Below, in pieces: positions 1-12,329 of a stretch of DNA of 64,000 nucleotides. Position 1 is the first letter of the stretch; the number at the start of each line of letters is the position of its first letter. A program made the position numbers and the translations under genes. This stretch comes from Octopus bimaculoides (lineage: Eukaryota): positions 8,407,949-8,471,948 of the forward strand of contig NC_068989.1 in the NCBI RefSeq assembly GCF_001194135.2, read 5' to 3'. The notes under the pieces were generated by a model. That model had not been told where the DNA came from and did not search any database. It saw only the letters and a list, made by a program, of their open reading frames with translations.

Positions 1-273
1 AAATTGGTTATGAAACACGTGTAATCTTTTTATTATATTTATCTTATGATATTTACTTTACTTTATATTATACTCATTTATTGTGCTTTTAATTATTAAT
101 TTTTCTATATGTGATAGTGGATTTTCATCGATGAGTTCTTGAAAATTGGTTATTTTCCCTAAAACTATATATATTTTATATATACTTTATCTATAAGGCT
201 CAATTTAATTTTTTATAAATTGATTTTAATTGAGTTTTTTACCTGTAATTTTGGATTTTGTCCCTAATAATAT

Positions 274-311
<38 letters not shown>

Positions 312-1320
312 GTGTGGATGTGTGTGTATTATATAGATATTTAGCATTTTATGTATCATAATGTAAATACGCCATGATTTACTGCAGTATTCGTCCGGAG
401 AAAATATCTCCAATGGACGTGCTACGTTTAAAAGTAAAATATACCTGAGAGAGACGTAAGTCGTCCCAGCAGCAAACGGCAAAAATGTTACAAGCTTGTA
501 TTCCTCGTTGGGTGTTTACAATTTCATCGTGCGTTATGGACGCTCACACACATTGGAAAAGCCCTATCATTCAGGGATTCCGAGGCTAATCTATAAACAC
601 AGGGGATTGCTGTCAATAGAAACTTGGCAAAATTCGAAAGAATTATTTCAGCGCTCATAGAATACTTGCCGTTGTAGTGCAACAGAAACTTTAAGCCACT
701 TAGGCTATAGTTACTTATTTACAGCCATGAGTCCCTGTGAGTGTATTTATACTTGGTGTTACTAGCAAATAGAACTCCCGAGGGGCAGGTAAACCAGTGT
801 TAATTGGAAAGGAAATCAGATATGCCTGGTAAAGAACAAGTTCTTGAGTCAGGTTCACATAGTCTTCACTTCTTATAACTTATGAAATGTTCTTGTTTTA
901 CAAAGTAACTACTTTAGAAATATTTTAACGATGCTAAGCACCTAAAGTAAAGCTTGATTTAGATGACATAATAATTTAAGTATCGCTAGCGACCCTCAAT
1001 TACCAACCGATGCAAAGTCATTAGAATATTTTTAATTGCAATTTAGACAAAATAAGGTTCTTTTCATTAAGCTCTTTATAAGTTTCATAGCAAAAGAGAA
1101 CGTTGATAAATTCGTTCCCCAATCAATGCAGTATTGAACATGATGCAAATCAATTAAAATTGGATTACAAAAAGACATTCATTTTCTTGAGACATGAGTC
1201 ATCAACAGACGCAACTTTCTCTCTGCTTTTGTCACTAAACTTGAATAATCAAAGGACAAATATAATAAATATAAAATGAAAATGTTGAATATTATAATGA
1301 AATTATTATTATTATCATCA

Positions 1321-1361
<41 letters not shown>

Positions 1362-1610
1362 ATTATTATTATTATTATTGTTGTTGTTGTTTTTGGTGTG
1401 GCTGTTGTTTTCTTTTTTATTTTTTGTTACTATGATAATAATGATAATGTTGCGAGTAGTGATAGTAAGACGGTTCAAGAATAAATAAACGAGGGATATA
1501 GAAACAGTGCGTGTGTTTATTATTCGTATAATGACCCACCCATTATACATAAAATAATGTTTTCTTCATTATTCACAAAGCGTTCACACACACATACACA
1601 CACACACGCA

Positions 1611-1660
<50 letters not shown>

Positions 1661-1889
1661 TATATAGGACGATAGTACGAGCAATTACATGGAACAACCT
1701 GCAGAAAGAATAACAGTGACAGAATTTCAAACAATGAATAATTTCGTTGGCTACTCGTAGAAACCGCTCGAAACCACGGTCACCCTGACCACTAAGGCTT
1801 CTCTCAGTCTACTGGCGCATGCTCAATAGTCCAGTTCACTTGCCATTCTTATCCACCTTTCTATAAATTTGAAGCACTTCTTTCTTTCC

Positions 1890-2125
1890 CACCGAGGTCA
1901 AACTTGCTTTCATCCATCCAGGATCGATAAAAGAAAGCCCCACGAAAAACGCCGCGCTCGATATAATTGACTTACCATCCGCGCTTCAAGGCTGCTGGCC
2001 TTGTCCCTTGATCAGAATTCGTTAGATTATTATTTTAATTTCCGTTGAGGTCAACTCCGACTTTCATCATTTCGGTTCAATAAAATAAAGTAGCACTCAC
2101 GAACTGATCGATGATTTAATCACCA
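1890..2125 (+). mobile_element. Two degenerate head-to-tail fragments of the Meta-domain-like tRNA SINE (family M)
   Basis: ccgaggtcaaacttgctttcatccatccaggatcgataaaa (1890-1931) and gaggtcaactccgactttcatcatttcggttcaataaaataaagtagc (2047-2094) match the central block seen intact at 43415 and 59462. Confidence 0.55.
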
Positions 2126-3122
2126 ATAACGGCCCACCACCAGACACAAACATACACACGCACACACACACATACACACACGAAGGCACAAAAACACACA
2201 CATGCACACACACACACACTCACACACACACACACACACACACACAATAGAAAATGTGGTTTGTGCCTATGTTAGGACGTCCAACAGTAGAAACTATGTC
2301 AAAGCAGATATTGGAGCTCGACGCAGTTCTCTGCCTCATCGAATCCTGCTGAATCATCAACTCATGTAAGAAGGACGCAAATTAACGATGACGATTATGA
2401 CAACCACGATGCTGATGATGATGAGCAGGAGGGGGAGGATTGTCGTTGATTTTTCCCGTTGTTATTACTGTTGTTACCCCCACCCCCACTGGATGTATTA
2501 TCTCTTTTTGTTTCAATACTTTCTTAATAGTTTTCTTAATTATATTCCTTTTTTTATTACTTTTGTTATAATTAGCTTAAACTTTATACCTTCATTATTA
2601 TTTTCATTATTACTATTATTATCATCATTGCTATTATTGTTGTTGTTGTCATATTTCTGTTGTAAATAGAGGCAAACTAATAAAGTAAACAAAAATATAA
2701 ATTTAAGAACCGAGCAAAGATAAAGGTCAAACAACTCAAACACAAAGCTTAGCTGAGAGATACATTAAAAAATAACGGCACATCAAAAGACATTCACGGA
2801 TAAAGAGACAACAACAGACAGTAATCTGCTAATCTAAGAGAAGCCATATTGGTGAAAAGAGTTTGTCTGAGACTCTTCTGATATTTCTCATCTTTTAATG
2901 GTCTTTATTAATTCTATATTAGAATGGAGAGTTAATTTTCTTTTTAACTGTGTTAACCTTGTACTTTTCATTGCCTCAGGCTTCTTATTTGATGCTGCAT
3001 CGATCTTCTGACATCGCTAATTATACATATAGCAATATTTTGTGCGTTAGAGATAGATACAGAAAGAAGAGAGAATGTGTATGTGTGTGTACACGCATAT
3101 GTATGAAAATATACAAAAAATC

Positions 3123-3167
<45 letters not shown>

Positions 3168-3901
3168 CGTGTGTGTGTGTGTGTGTGTGTATGTGTGTGT
3201 GTGTGTACATATGATATGTATGTTTGTGTGGGATAGAATGAATGTAGTATGCTCATGTGATGTATGCATGTATATGTGTGATTAGTTTGAGGGTGTTTTC
3301 AAAAACTAGTTTTTAATTGAATTTTGTTTGCGATCAGATCTTTTTGAATGAGTCTTTACAAAATCTTTCCAGCGATGTGGCTACGTTTCAAATGTACTCT
3401 ATTCACTTTCAAGACTTGAAGTTTTGTTGAGATCTACATATCTGCGCACACTGTTAATGGATATGTGTGTATTGAACGTGAAATAGCGAGAAAGAGAGAC
3501 TCCGCAGGCTAGGCATATATATATATATATACATACATACATACATACACGCACATATATAGAAAAGGTTAGAAGTGAGGGGGAGAGAGACAGGCAAAGA
3601 GACACACACAGAGAATTAATGTGAGATACGTAAATAGAATATCGTCTGCTTTAATATGGTAGCAACACTAGTTTTTATTGAGAATTGATCGGACTTGGTA
3701 TATTCATATATATAAATTTGCTTTCAAAGAATTGAACACAGAACTAATACGAACATAATCAATGAAGAAAATCCCGTAACCTATAGATCAATGTCATAAT
3801 TATAAACACCATCTATACAGTGCGTGCTTATTATATGTAAATTACTTTCATCTTGATCCTGCTTATTTTCAGAATAATTTTACAATTTCCCTGTGCAACA
3901 G

Positions 3902-4037
3902 GTCACTGGTGAATCACGAAGACGATGAAGTCAATACAATCCATATTTTTGAAATAATAGCACGTACTTCATATCAGTCAGGAAGTAGAAATAACTCCCC
4001 AGATTACAATCGAACGCAGAGTATGATATACCGTTAA
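3902..4037 (+). CDS. Candidate terminal coding exon, unknown product (SLVNHEDDEVNTIHIFEIIARTSYQSGSRNNSPDYNRTQSMIYR*)
   Basis: Acceptor aatttccctgtgcaacag ends at 3901; only one frame stays open, 44 codons to TAA 4035-4037. No recognised homology. Confidence 0.25.
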
Positions 4038-5556
4038 AGTGACAATCCTGAGAATCCTAATACTCATATACAACTTATCACAGAGGTCACTGGTATTTAC
4101 ATATTTAATTGAAAATATCGTTTTATCACGACCCACAATTTTGTCTTCAGCCAATCTCTTTATTCGTTAAAACTGAAACTACATTTAACAGGAAAGAAAA
4201 TAAGTCTCAATTTGACATGCTCTGCAACGGAAGGTGACCACAAAATTCAACATAAGCATCTTATAATACATTCGGTTTGTCACTCCTTTGCATTTATATC
4301 TGCCGATTCTTCATTCATTCGTAATTTCATTATCTATGAAAACATGAATAAATTATCACGCCGCTTGTATTTTAATTTTAATCTGATGCTATTTTTAAAT
4401 TCTCAAATGTGAAAAATATCATTATATGCAAAACTTCATTTAAGTTTTATGTTGGGTTGGTGAGAGGAATGCAAAGACAACAAAAGAAAAATTAGGATCA
4501 TATAATATATAAAAAAAACAATAGAAAATTAATTATGAGTGCTGTAATTAGTTTAGATATTTTGATATTCGATGCAATTAAATATATGTGTGTGTGTGTG
4601 TGTGTATGTGTGTGTATGTCTGCGTGTATAAACATACATATATATATATACAATATACACACATATACATATCGTACATACATATATGTATATAGGTATA
4701 TACATATATGCGTATATATATATATATATATATATNNNNNNNNNNNNNNNNNNNNNNNNNNNNNNNNNNNNNNNNNNNNNNNNNNNNNNNNNNNNNNNNN
4801 NNNNNNNNNNNNNNNNNNNNNNNNNNNNNNNNNNNNNNNNNNNNNNNNNNNNNNNNNNNNNNNNNNNNNNNNNNNNNNNNNNNNNNNNNNNNNNNNNNNN
4901 NNNNNNNNNNNNNNNNNNNNNNNNCCATGAACACATATTTCATAATTTAAATATGACAACAAGCGAAATGGCTCGAGCTGCAGGCAGGAAGCAATAAATT
5001 GCATTATTATAAGCCAACGTTTATGCAAAATATTGTGTAGGCGTGAGTTCATTAAATACCTGGAAGCGGTATTTCTGAAGCATGGCTAATAACTAATGAT
5101 GTTTTATTACGGTCAATATATTGCTGAATCAGATGCGGTGTGGAATAGCTAGATAACGGGAAGTAGAATTTACAAGGTAATTAAATAAATAACTAATTAT
5201 AGATACATATGTGTATAAATATATGTATGTGCGTCTGTATGTGTGAGGAGCGTGTGTGGGTGTGCAGCGATAGCGTATCGCGTATTGTATATGACTTATT
5301 CTCATTCGCTTAAGCGTCTTCTCACTACTACGCACGTCTGCTGTCTGTCTGTCTGTCGGTTTTACAGTGATTATCTTTCGTTCACTTTCTCTTTGTGTTT
5401 GTGTTAATCTGTTTTTCATTTGTTTACAGTTGCTACAAAGAGACACGTGCATGTATGCACCTATATCAAAACTCAGAATCACTCACACCTGTAGGTCTGT
5501 GTGTGCCACAGATGTACGGCTCTCTCACTATCTTTAAATGTTTGTCTGTCTGCCTT

Positions 5557-5611
<55 letters not shown>

Positions 5612-6532
5612 ATATATATACACTAATATAAGGATAACATTTTATCGGTAGCCAGCATATGAAAAATACCTTTTAAGGTGAAAATTGTAAATATTATTAT
5701 AAATAAAGTCACCCCCCCACCCCACTACAACATTTGTGTTCCTTGCTGATGAAGGAAGAATCCTTTTTGGATTAATCCAGAAATCNNNNNNNNNNNNNNN
5801 NNNNNNNNNNNNNNNNNNNNNNNNNNNNNNNNNNNNNNNNNNNNNNNNNNNNNNNNNNNNNNNNNNNNNNNNNNNNNNNNNNNNNNNNNNNNNNNNNNNN
5901 NNNNNNNNNNNNNNNNNNNNNNNNNNNNNNNNNNNNNNNNNNNNNNNNNNNNNNNNNNNNNNNNNNNNNNNNNNNNNNNNNNNNNNNNNNNNNNNNNNNN
6001 NNNNNNNNNNNNNNNNNNNNNNNNNNNNNNNNNNNNNNNNNNNNNNNNNNNNNNNNNNNNNNNNNNNNNNNNNNNNNNNNNNNNNNNNNNNNNNNNNNNN
6101 NNNNNNNNNNNNNNNNNNNNNNNNNNNNNNNNNNNNNNNNNNNNNNNNNNNNNNNNNNNNNNNNNNNNNNNNNNNNNNNNNNNNNNNNNNNNNNNNNNNN
6201 NNNNNNNNNNNNNNNNNNNNNNNNNNNNNNNNNNNNNNNNNNNNNNNNNNNNNNNNNNNNNNNNNNNNNNNNNNNNNNNNNNNNNNNNNNNNNNNNNNNN
6301 NNNNNNNNNNNNNNNNNNNNNNNNNNNNNNNNNNNNNNNNNNNNNNNNNNNNNNNNNNNNNNNNNNNNNNNNNNNNNNNNNNNNNNNNNNNNNNNNNNNN
6401 NNNNNNNNNNNNNNNNNNNNNNNNNNNNNNNNNNNNNNNNNNNNNNNNNNNNNNNNNNNNNNNNNNNNNNNNNNNNNNNNNNNNNNNNNNNNNNNNNNNN
6501 NNNNNNNNNATATATATATATATATATATATA

Positions 6533-6725
6533 ATTTTGTCGCAAGGCAAGCAATTGGTGGTGAGGGTTATTCAACAGCATCAACCCCGGTGCTCAATTGG
6601 TACTTTATTTTATTGACCCCAACAGATGAGCGGCAAACTTGACCTCCGCAGTATTTGAACCAAGGACTTACAGACCCGAAATATATGCTTCAAAGTATTT
6701 TGGCCGACGCTGTAACGATTATACC
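6533..6725 (-). mobile_element. SINE family M, the only minus-strand copy
   Basis: Reverse complement contains gttcaaatactgcggaggtcaagtttgccgctcatctgttggggtcaataaaataaagtaccaattgagcaccggggttgatg and ends with the ttgcttgccttgcgacaaaatt tail. Confidence 0.7.
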
Positions 6726-7059
6726 CAACAGACTATAATTTTTTAATAAATTAAAGATTAAACCGAAAATAACATTTAATTATAACTTTACGACGTTTCT
6801 TTATGAGTCTAATTATAAATTATATGCGATAATTAATTAGAATGTGAAAATTAACTCCAACAAATTCCTTGTGATAATTATTATTTGCGTCTACCGATGT
6901 TTTCTCAGGTCAGCGATTATCTAGCTCTACATGCCGACGTATACATCTATCTCCAATAGGTAAAAAGGCGAGGTTGAGACTAGATCTTTTAGCGTAATAA
7001 TCTTGTTTCTCAAAGTCAATTTGAGCTGCAGCTGTATTTCTCGACAAATTTTGTCCTAG

Positions 7060-7350
7060 TCTACTTCGATGTTCCAAAAGAGCTTCGGCTCACCATGTAC
7101 ATGTGCAGGAATTGATTGTGCCCTGGGAAGGACAAATGAGAGAGACTCATGAGAGAGAGCACTTCACAAGTATGAGGAGCGGTACAATGGTGCAGAAACC
7201 AGATAGCAGGCAACTGAAGTCGGATGCCGAAGAACTGTAAAGTGTTCATTCTGCAATGCTCGGACAAGGCCTAAGGCTGAAGAAGCAAACCCTCCCCCAT
7301 ATTAGAAGCCACTCCGTAACATATCCGACAGCCAGGTGCTTGTGAGTGTC
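7060..7350 (+). mobile_element. Decayed RLE domain of a HERO-like non-LTR retrotransposon
   Basis: Frameshifted translation ELIVPWEGQMRETHER..KYEE...ATEVGCRR...LGQGLRLKK (ELIVPWE 7109-7129, EVGCR 7216-7230) fits the ELTVPWE..A.ERK..KY..L...EVGCRG RLE motif of HERO-type LINEs. Confidence 0.7.
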
Positions 7351-7659
7351 CCCCACCTGTGCAAACATAGTTGGGACAATATCGACTGTATCTAACCGGT
7401 GAGGTTTGGTTTATTCTATTAATTTCTGATCTTTATCCGTACGGGTGAGTGGTGATATTTCATTTCCATGCTGGGTTCTTTTCGGAGCGTTAGGACACGC
7501 ATCCTTTTCCTACCACACTACACACACCCGCACCCATAACAAACCGCTGAGGACCAAGTGGTAGATCAAGAGGAGCCCTATTATATAATATCCATAGTCT
7601 GAGTTAGAGACGCTTGGGAATAAAGACGGGAACTATAATGATGGTTGCTTCTCATGCAA

Positions 7660-7921
7660 CCTTATAGATGAAGTGCCTGAGCTGGCTACCCACCAAAACC
7701 TCCTCGGAAATAGACGGTGGAGCAGATCTGTGTGGTTGAATGGATACGCTACAAGATTTGGAGACCTCGCTCAGAAATTGATCCGTGGAGTGATCAGGCG
7801 CAACGTCAAACGAAGTGCTTTGCATAGAAACATAAAACAACGCCCGGCTCAGGAATCGAAGCAGCACAATCTTGACATCATGAGTGCAACACCCAAACAG
7901 CAAAACCACGAGATTTCATAA
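7660..7921 (+). mobile_element. Probable RTE-clade LINE ORF C-terminal remnant
   Basis: ORF 7673-7921 has ELAT...GDLAQKLIRGVIRRNVKRSALHRNIKQR, resembling the RTE C-terminus (GELA.G.R...WE.LAQDR..WR..I..G...E..R). Confidence 0.45.
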
Positions 7922-8133
7922 ACAAAAATTAATATACATACATACATACACACATACATACATACATACATACAAATGTGTGTGTGTGTGCGTGTGCCTT
8001 ATAGAAACAACACACTTGAACACACACACATACAGACGTATCCATACATATGTGTGTGTGTTTGATTGTACACAAGTATTATATATATTTATGTATGTAT
8101 GTCTTTATATATATAATCACAATATTTCCCTCC

Positions 8134-8193
<60 letters not shown>

Positions 8194-8490
8194 TAGATAG
8201 ATAGATAGATAGATATAATAGATATATAGATATGGATGGATGTATTGACAGGTAGACAAATAGATAAATAAATTGAGAGGGCTCGATCAATTCTTAATTA
8301 AATAAAAATGCATTATTATAACTTGAATTTATTTTATGGATACTGTTATATTGATGTGCAAATGGAAACATGGAAAGTGAATTAAAAAATGTCTCACTAA
8401 ATTTAGTTCCTATTGTATCATATATATATATATATATATACAAACATAGATAGATAGATAGATTTGTGAGAGTTTGTATGTATGTATATA

Positions 8491-8640
8491 AGATCCGGTC
8501 TGGTTGTGTGTTAAAAAGTTTGCTACATGATGCATGCTTGCGGGTTCAACCCCACTGCGTGACATCGTGGTCAAGTGTCATCCTCAAGAGGCCGGGTAAA
8601 CCAAAGCCATGTGAGTGGGTTTAGTAGGCGAAAGCAAAAA
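8491..8640 (+). mobile_element. tRNA/CORE-like SINE family A, 5' half
   Basis: B-box-like gggttcaacccc, then ggtcaagtgtcatc...aaccaaagccatgtgagtgggtttagtagg, as in the copy at 53500-53937. Confidence 0.6.
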
Positions 8641-8654
8641 GATATATATATATA

Positions 8655-8954
8655 GTGTGTCGGCACATGGTCTAGTGGTTAGAGTATTGGACTCCCGATC
8701 TAGCAATCTTAATTTCAATTCCTAGACGGGTGGCCCGTAGTGTTCTTGAGCAAAACACTTCATCTCGTATTGCTCTGCAATCACTTCCAACACCTGACGC
8801 ATGGTACACCATTCACTTGTTCAGACAACGTCGATTTGATGTAGGGAGTGAGCTAATGTACAGCATATAGCTTTGATCACTATAAACAAATACTTTGTGC
8901 CAGTCATTTGGCCTAAAATTGAACGTCCATACGACGTTTTCAATAGGAGAGACC
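8655..8954 (+). mobile_element. tRNA-derived SINE family C
   Basis: A-box tggtctagtggttagagt, B-box-like tttcaattcc, CORE-like gtgttcttgagcaaaacacttcatc; the 3' part is homologous to 25167-25340. Confidence 0.65.
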
Positions 8955-9191
8955 ATCATATCTGTATACATACAGACGCACATATGCACATACATATATT
9001 TATAGACATATGTTTCTATAGTTAGTTATTAATCAAAGCATACAGTATTACAGAGCCATTTCAGCTGATCTTACCAATCGATTTCCTACTGTGTGGGCTA
9101 AAATGGATCTATAATGCTGTATATTTTAATATAGCAATGTTACTGACATTATTTTCAGTGATATTGTTAGCAATATTATTTATTGTATCAA

Positions 9192-9605
9192 GCATGAGCT
9201 GGCGAAATTGTTAGCAAGTTCAGGAAAATGCTCAGCTGCATTGCATTCGTCTTTACGTTCTGATCCCAAATTCCGTCGACGTCGACATTGCCTTTCGTCC
9301 CTTTTGTAGTCGATGTAATAACCTTTTCCTCCCCTGTGAAATTTTTGGTCTTGCGTCGAAATTTGAAAACAATCATACTTATTGCATCAGACAGCGATCT
9401 GTTTAAATCGTTAGTAAGCCGGACAAAATACTTAGCGGCATTTCGTCCGTCGCTCCGTTCTGACTTTAGATTCCGACGAAGTCGACTTTGTCTTTCCTGC
9501 TTCAGGGATCGATAAAATACGTACCAGCCAAGCTTTAAGGTCAATGTAATTAACTACTTCCCTGTAAATTGCTGGCTGTTTCCCAAATTGTAGGCCAATA
9601 TTATT
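9192..9605 (+). mobile_element. Tandem pair of SINE family M (9192-9376 and 9390-9605)
   Basis: Two successive heads (gagctggcgaaattgttagc; gcgatctgtttaaatcgttagt), each followed by cgttctga...gtcgacwttg..tttc...gtcgat and a tail. Confidence 0.8.
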
Positions 9606-10152
9606 TATTTTATGAAGATATAATTGTATATATAACTATTTAGCATTACTTCCATCATATAGAAGTGCTCCATTTGTATTCCACGAGTAAAGTAATTCAT
9701 TCAATATTTACAAAGCATTGAGAGTTTCTACGGTGTAATTTGATTATAATGATACAGTTATGAATTGGCGAGTAACTCTGTTAAAAATTCCTTTAATGAA
9801 GACTTTATACTGGACCACGGTTAGTGACCTGCAGTGATTTTACGTTTATTCAATATCCTCGTATTGAAAGGTAAACGAGTTATTGCAGAGGAGGTTTTCA
9901 CCTGATTAGTCCCAATTCAAAAACCCTTAGGTCATTTGATATTGCTGCAAGAAAAACATTCTATGACATATTGTTTAATTTATTTGACCATGTTATGATG
10001 TTCGCTGCGACAAGACAGGCACACGCCATCTCATACACACACACGCACGGTGACACACTCATATAGATTTATGCTTCGTTTTATGTATAATTATATATTA
10101 ATGCAGTCAAACTTAAATTAAAACTCAACATTTAAGTATTTGTGCATACATT

Positions 10153-10193
<41 letters not shown>

Positions 10194-10299
10194 AAGACCC
10201 TGTTGTTGATGATGGAATTCCAATGAAGGAGCCTTGGGTCGAGGTTAGAGACGGGCTCTTTCTCTATTGGCAAGAAATCTTGACATAAAACTAACCCAC

Positions 10300-10383
10300 A
10301 TGGTTCCGTCTACCAAATCCACTCACAAGGCTTTGGTCGGCCCGGGGCTATAGTTGAAGACACTCGCCCATGGTTCCACTCAG
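10300..10383 (-). mobile_element. SINE family A central fragment
   Basis: ttccgtctaccaaatccactcacaaggctttggtcggcccggggctatagttgaagacactcgccca is the reverse complement of the family A core. Confidence 0.7.
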
Positions 10384-11076
10384 TTGTTATTGTTATTTCA
10401 GCCATTTCAACGGTCTGTCTACGCTTCCCTAAAACTGCTCTAAGTATAAGATATAACATTTTAGATATTATCTCACTTCGTTGATTACGGTACGTTTTAC
10501 ACTACAAAGCCTGCTGTATAGTACATAGAATAACAAAGTGTGGTATTTAAACTCTTCTTAAGTTTATTTACTGTAGTATGTTTCTGTTGGCTCACGTCCA
10601 ACATTGAGACTGCATCTTGAATTTGTCTCATCACCTGCTTATTTTCTTTGTTCTGCTATTAGAAACAGTCTAAACCGTCGTCATCGATAATCTATTGTAG
10701 ATCAACGTAAAGTCCATTCGCTGAAAAATAATATTTGTTTTATGTTGGTTATATGTCATGTGTTATCGTGTGTTCGTTGTTAATGAACTCCCATCTCATA
10801 TAGATACATATGTCGGTGAGAAGGAGTTGTGTGAGTGTGTGGTGAGCACTTAAATAGATAGTTACACACACACACACACACACATAGATATTTGTGCGCG
10901 TGCGTAAGCGTGTTCATGCGTGTGTGTGTCAATGTGCTTGTATCTGCAAAATTTGTGTTTGAATTTTCGTGTATGTATGTCAACGTTTGTGTCAGTACGT
11001 TATCTATATTATTTTTTTACATGAATATACTTTTTATGTGCATAGCTGACAAATACGTGTTTATATATACCCCAAA

Positions 11077-11123
<47 letters not shown>

Positions 11124-11529
11124 TGTGTGTGTTCAGAATGCGTGTGGACATAGTAGCTCGTGAATGTAAGTTTATGAAAAAAATATCCAATCGTGACGTA
11201 GGCGGGAAAGTAAATTATATATTGCAGCTGTTTCCGAAAGGTTTAGAGAAAAATAAATATATCAGCCAACCAAATTAGACACGGACACTCACATCGATAC
11301 AATCGCAGATTCGAAGCGCAAACACGTTTCGAATACTTCATGTGTGTTTGTGTATATGTATGCATTTATGTGTGTGTACGAGAGAGAGAGAGAGGAGAAT
11401 GTGTACGTGTACGTGTAGAAAGGAGCGAAAGCAAGAGAAAAGAGCGCGCAGGATACGTCGTGGCATTTAGATAATTTTGTATGTGTGTACATATCTATAT
11501 ATATGTATATTGTATGTATATACATTGTT

Positions 11530-12329
11530 CAAATTTTCACAGACGTCAAAATAACCTCCTACCGTCCAGGTACCAGTGTGTTAAATGCTAGGAAAACCAC
11601 ACATCCAAAAGAAAGGTTGTTTGTTACTGGATGGTGTGTTTCTATTTGTCAGTTACCGTAACATGATGGGGCTATCAGACTGACGACAGATGTGTTGTTG
11701 GGGCCACTGGACGTTGAGGAGTGATTGATCTGACGAATGAGCAACAACTCATACAGCAGAAATGAATCGTCATTGTTGCTTCCTCTAGAAATGTCTGTAT
11801 TTTAAAGTAATTGGTAAGATGTTCCGGTATTGTATGAAAGTTGTCCAGACCCACACTCTACAACTGTCAGAAAATACAGCAAATCTGGACTCATCAAAGG
11901 ACATGACAGTGTCCCAAAAGGCTAGTGGCTTCTCCTCCATCTCATTGGCCAAATGTTTTTTCCGCTTGATATTGGCTGCTCAATCAAGTGGCTTCCTTCT
12001 TGCTGCTCTGTCTTGTAACCAAGTTTGTGGAGATACCTTACAGCTGACGGTAACGTGTTCTGCTACGTCAGAGGACCTACAACGAGGATTATCCTTCACA
12101 TTTCTATTAACAAAAAAAAGGGTTCTTTTAAAGGACCTGGTCAACCTCGACGAGGTGATATGGATTACTTCCCATCTCTGGTGAATTTCACAATCACTGT
12201 ATTAACTCTAGAAAGTGGGATTCCAAGGTTTTCTGCGATTTTACGTTAACTACGTCCGCTTTCAAATTGACCCACATTACGGCCTCTTTGAAATTGTAGC
12301 AGTTCCATGACTTCTTTTTTACATGGCAT
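11530..12329 (-). pseudogene. Decayed Tc1-family transposase, several stops and frameshifts, C-terminus lost
   Basis: From ATG 12329: [52 protein letters not shown] (HTH), then RNVKDNPRCRSSDVA, RYLHKLGYK.RAARRKPL and EKPLAFWDTVMSFDESRFAVFSDSCRVWVW (first catalytic D motif, about 11850-11935). Confidence 0.9.

Noticed and set aside
392-419. Small bulged hairpin cgtcc-ggaga/tctcc-ggacg
   Set aside because: Short, single copy and expected by chance in 64 kb.
11819-12249. Plus-strand ORFs of 121 and 74 aa
   Set aside because: Antisense shadows of the decayed Tc1 transposase.
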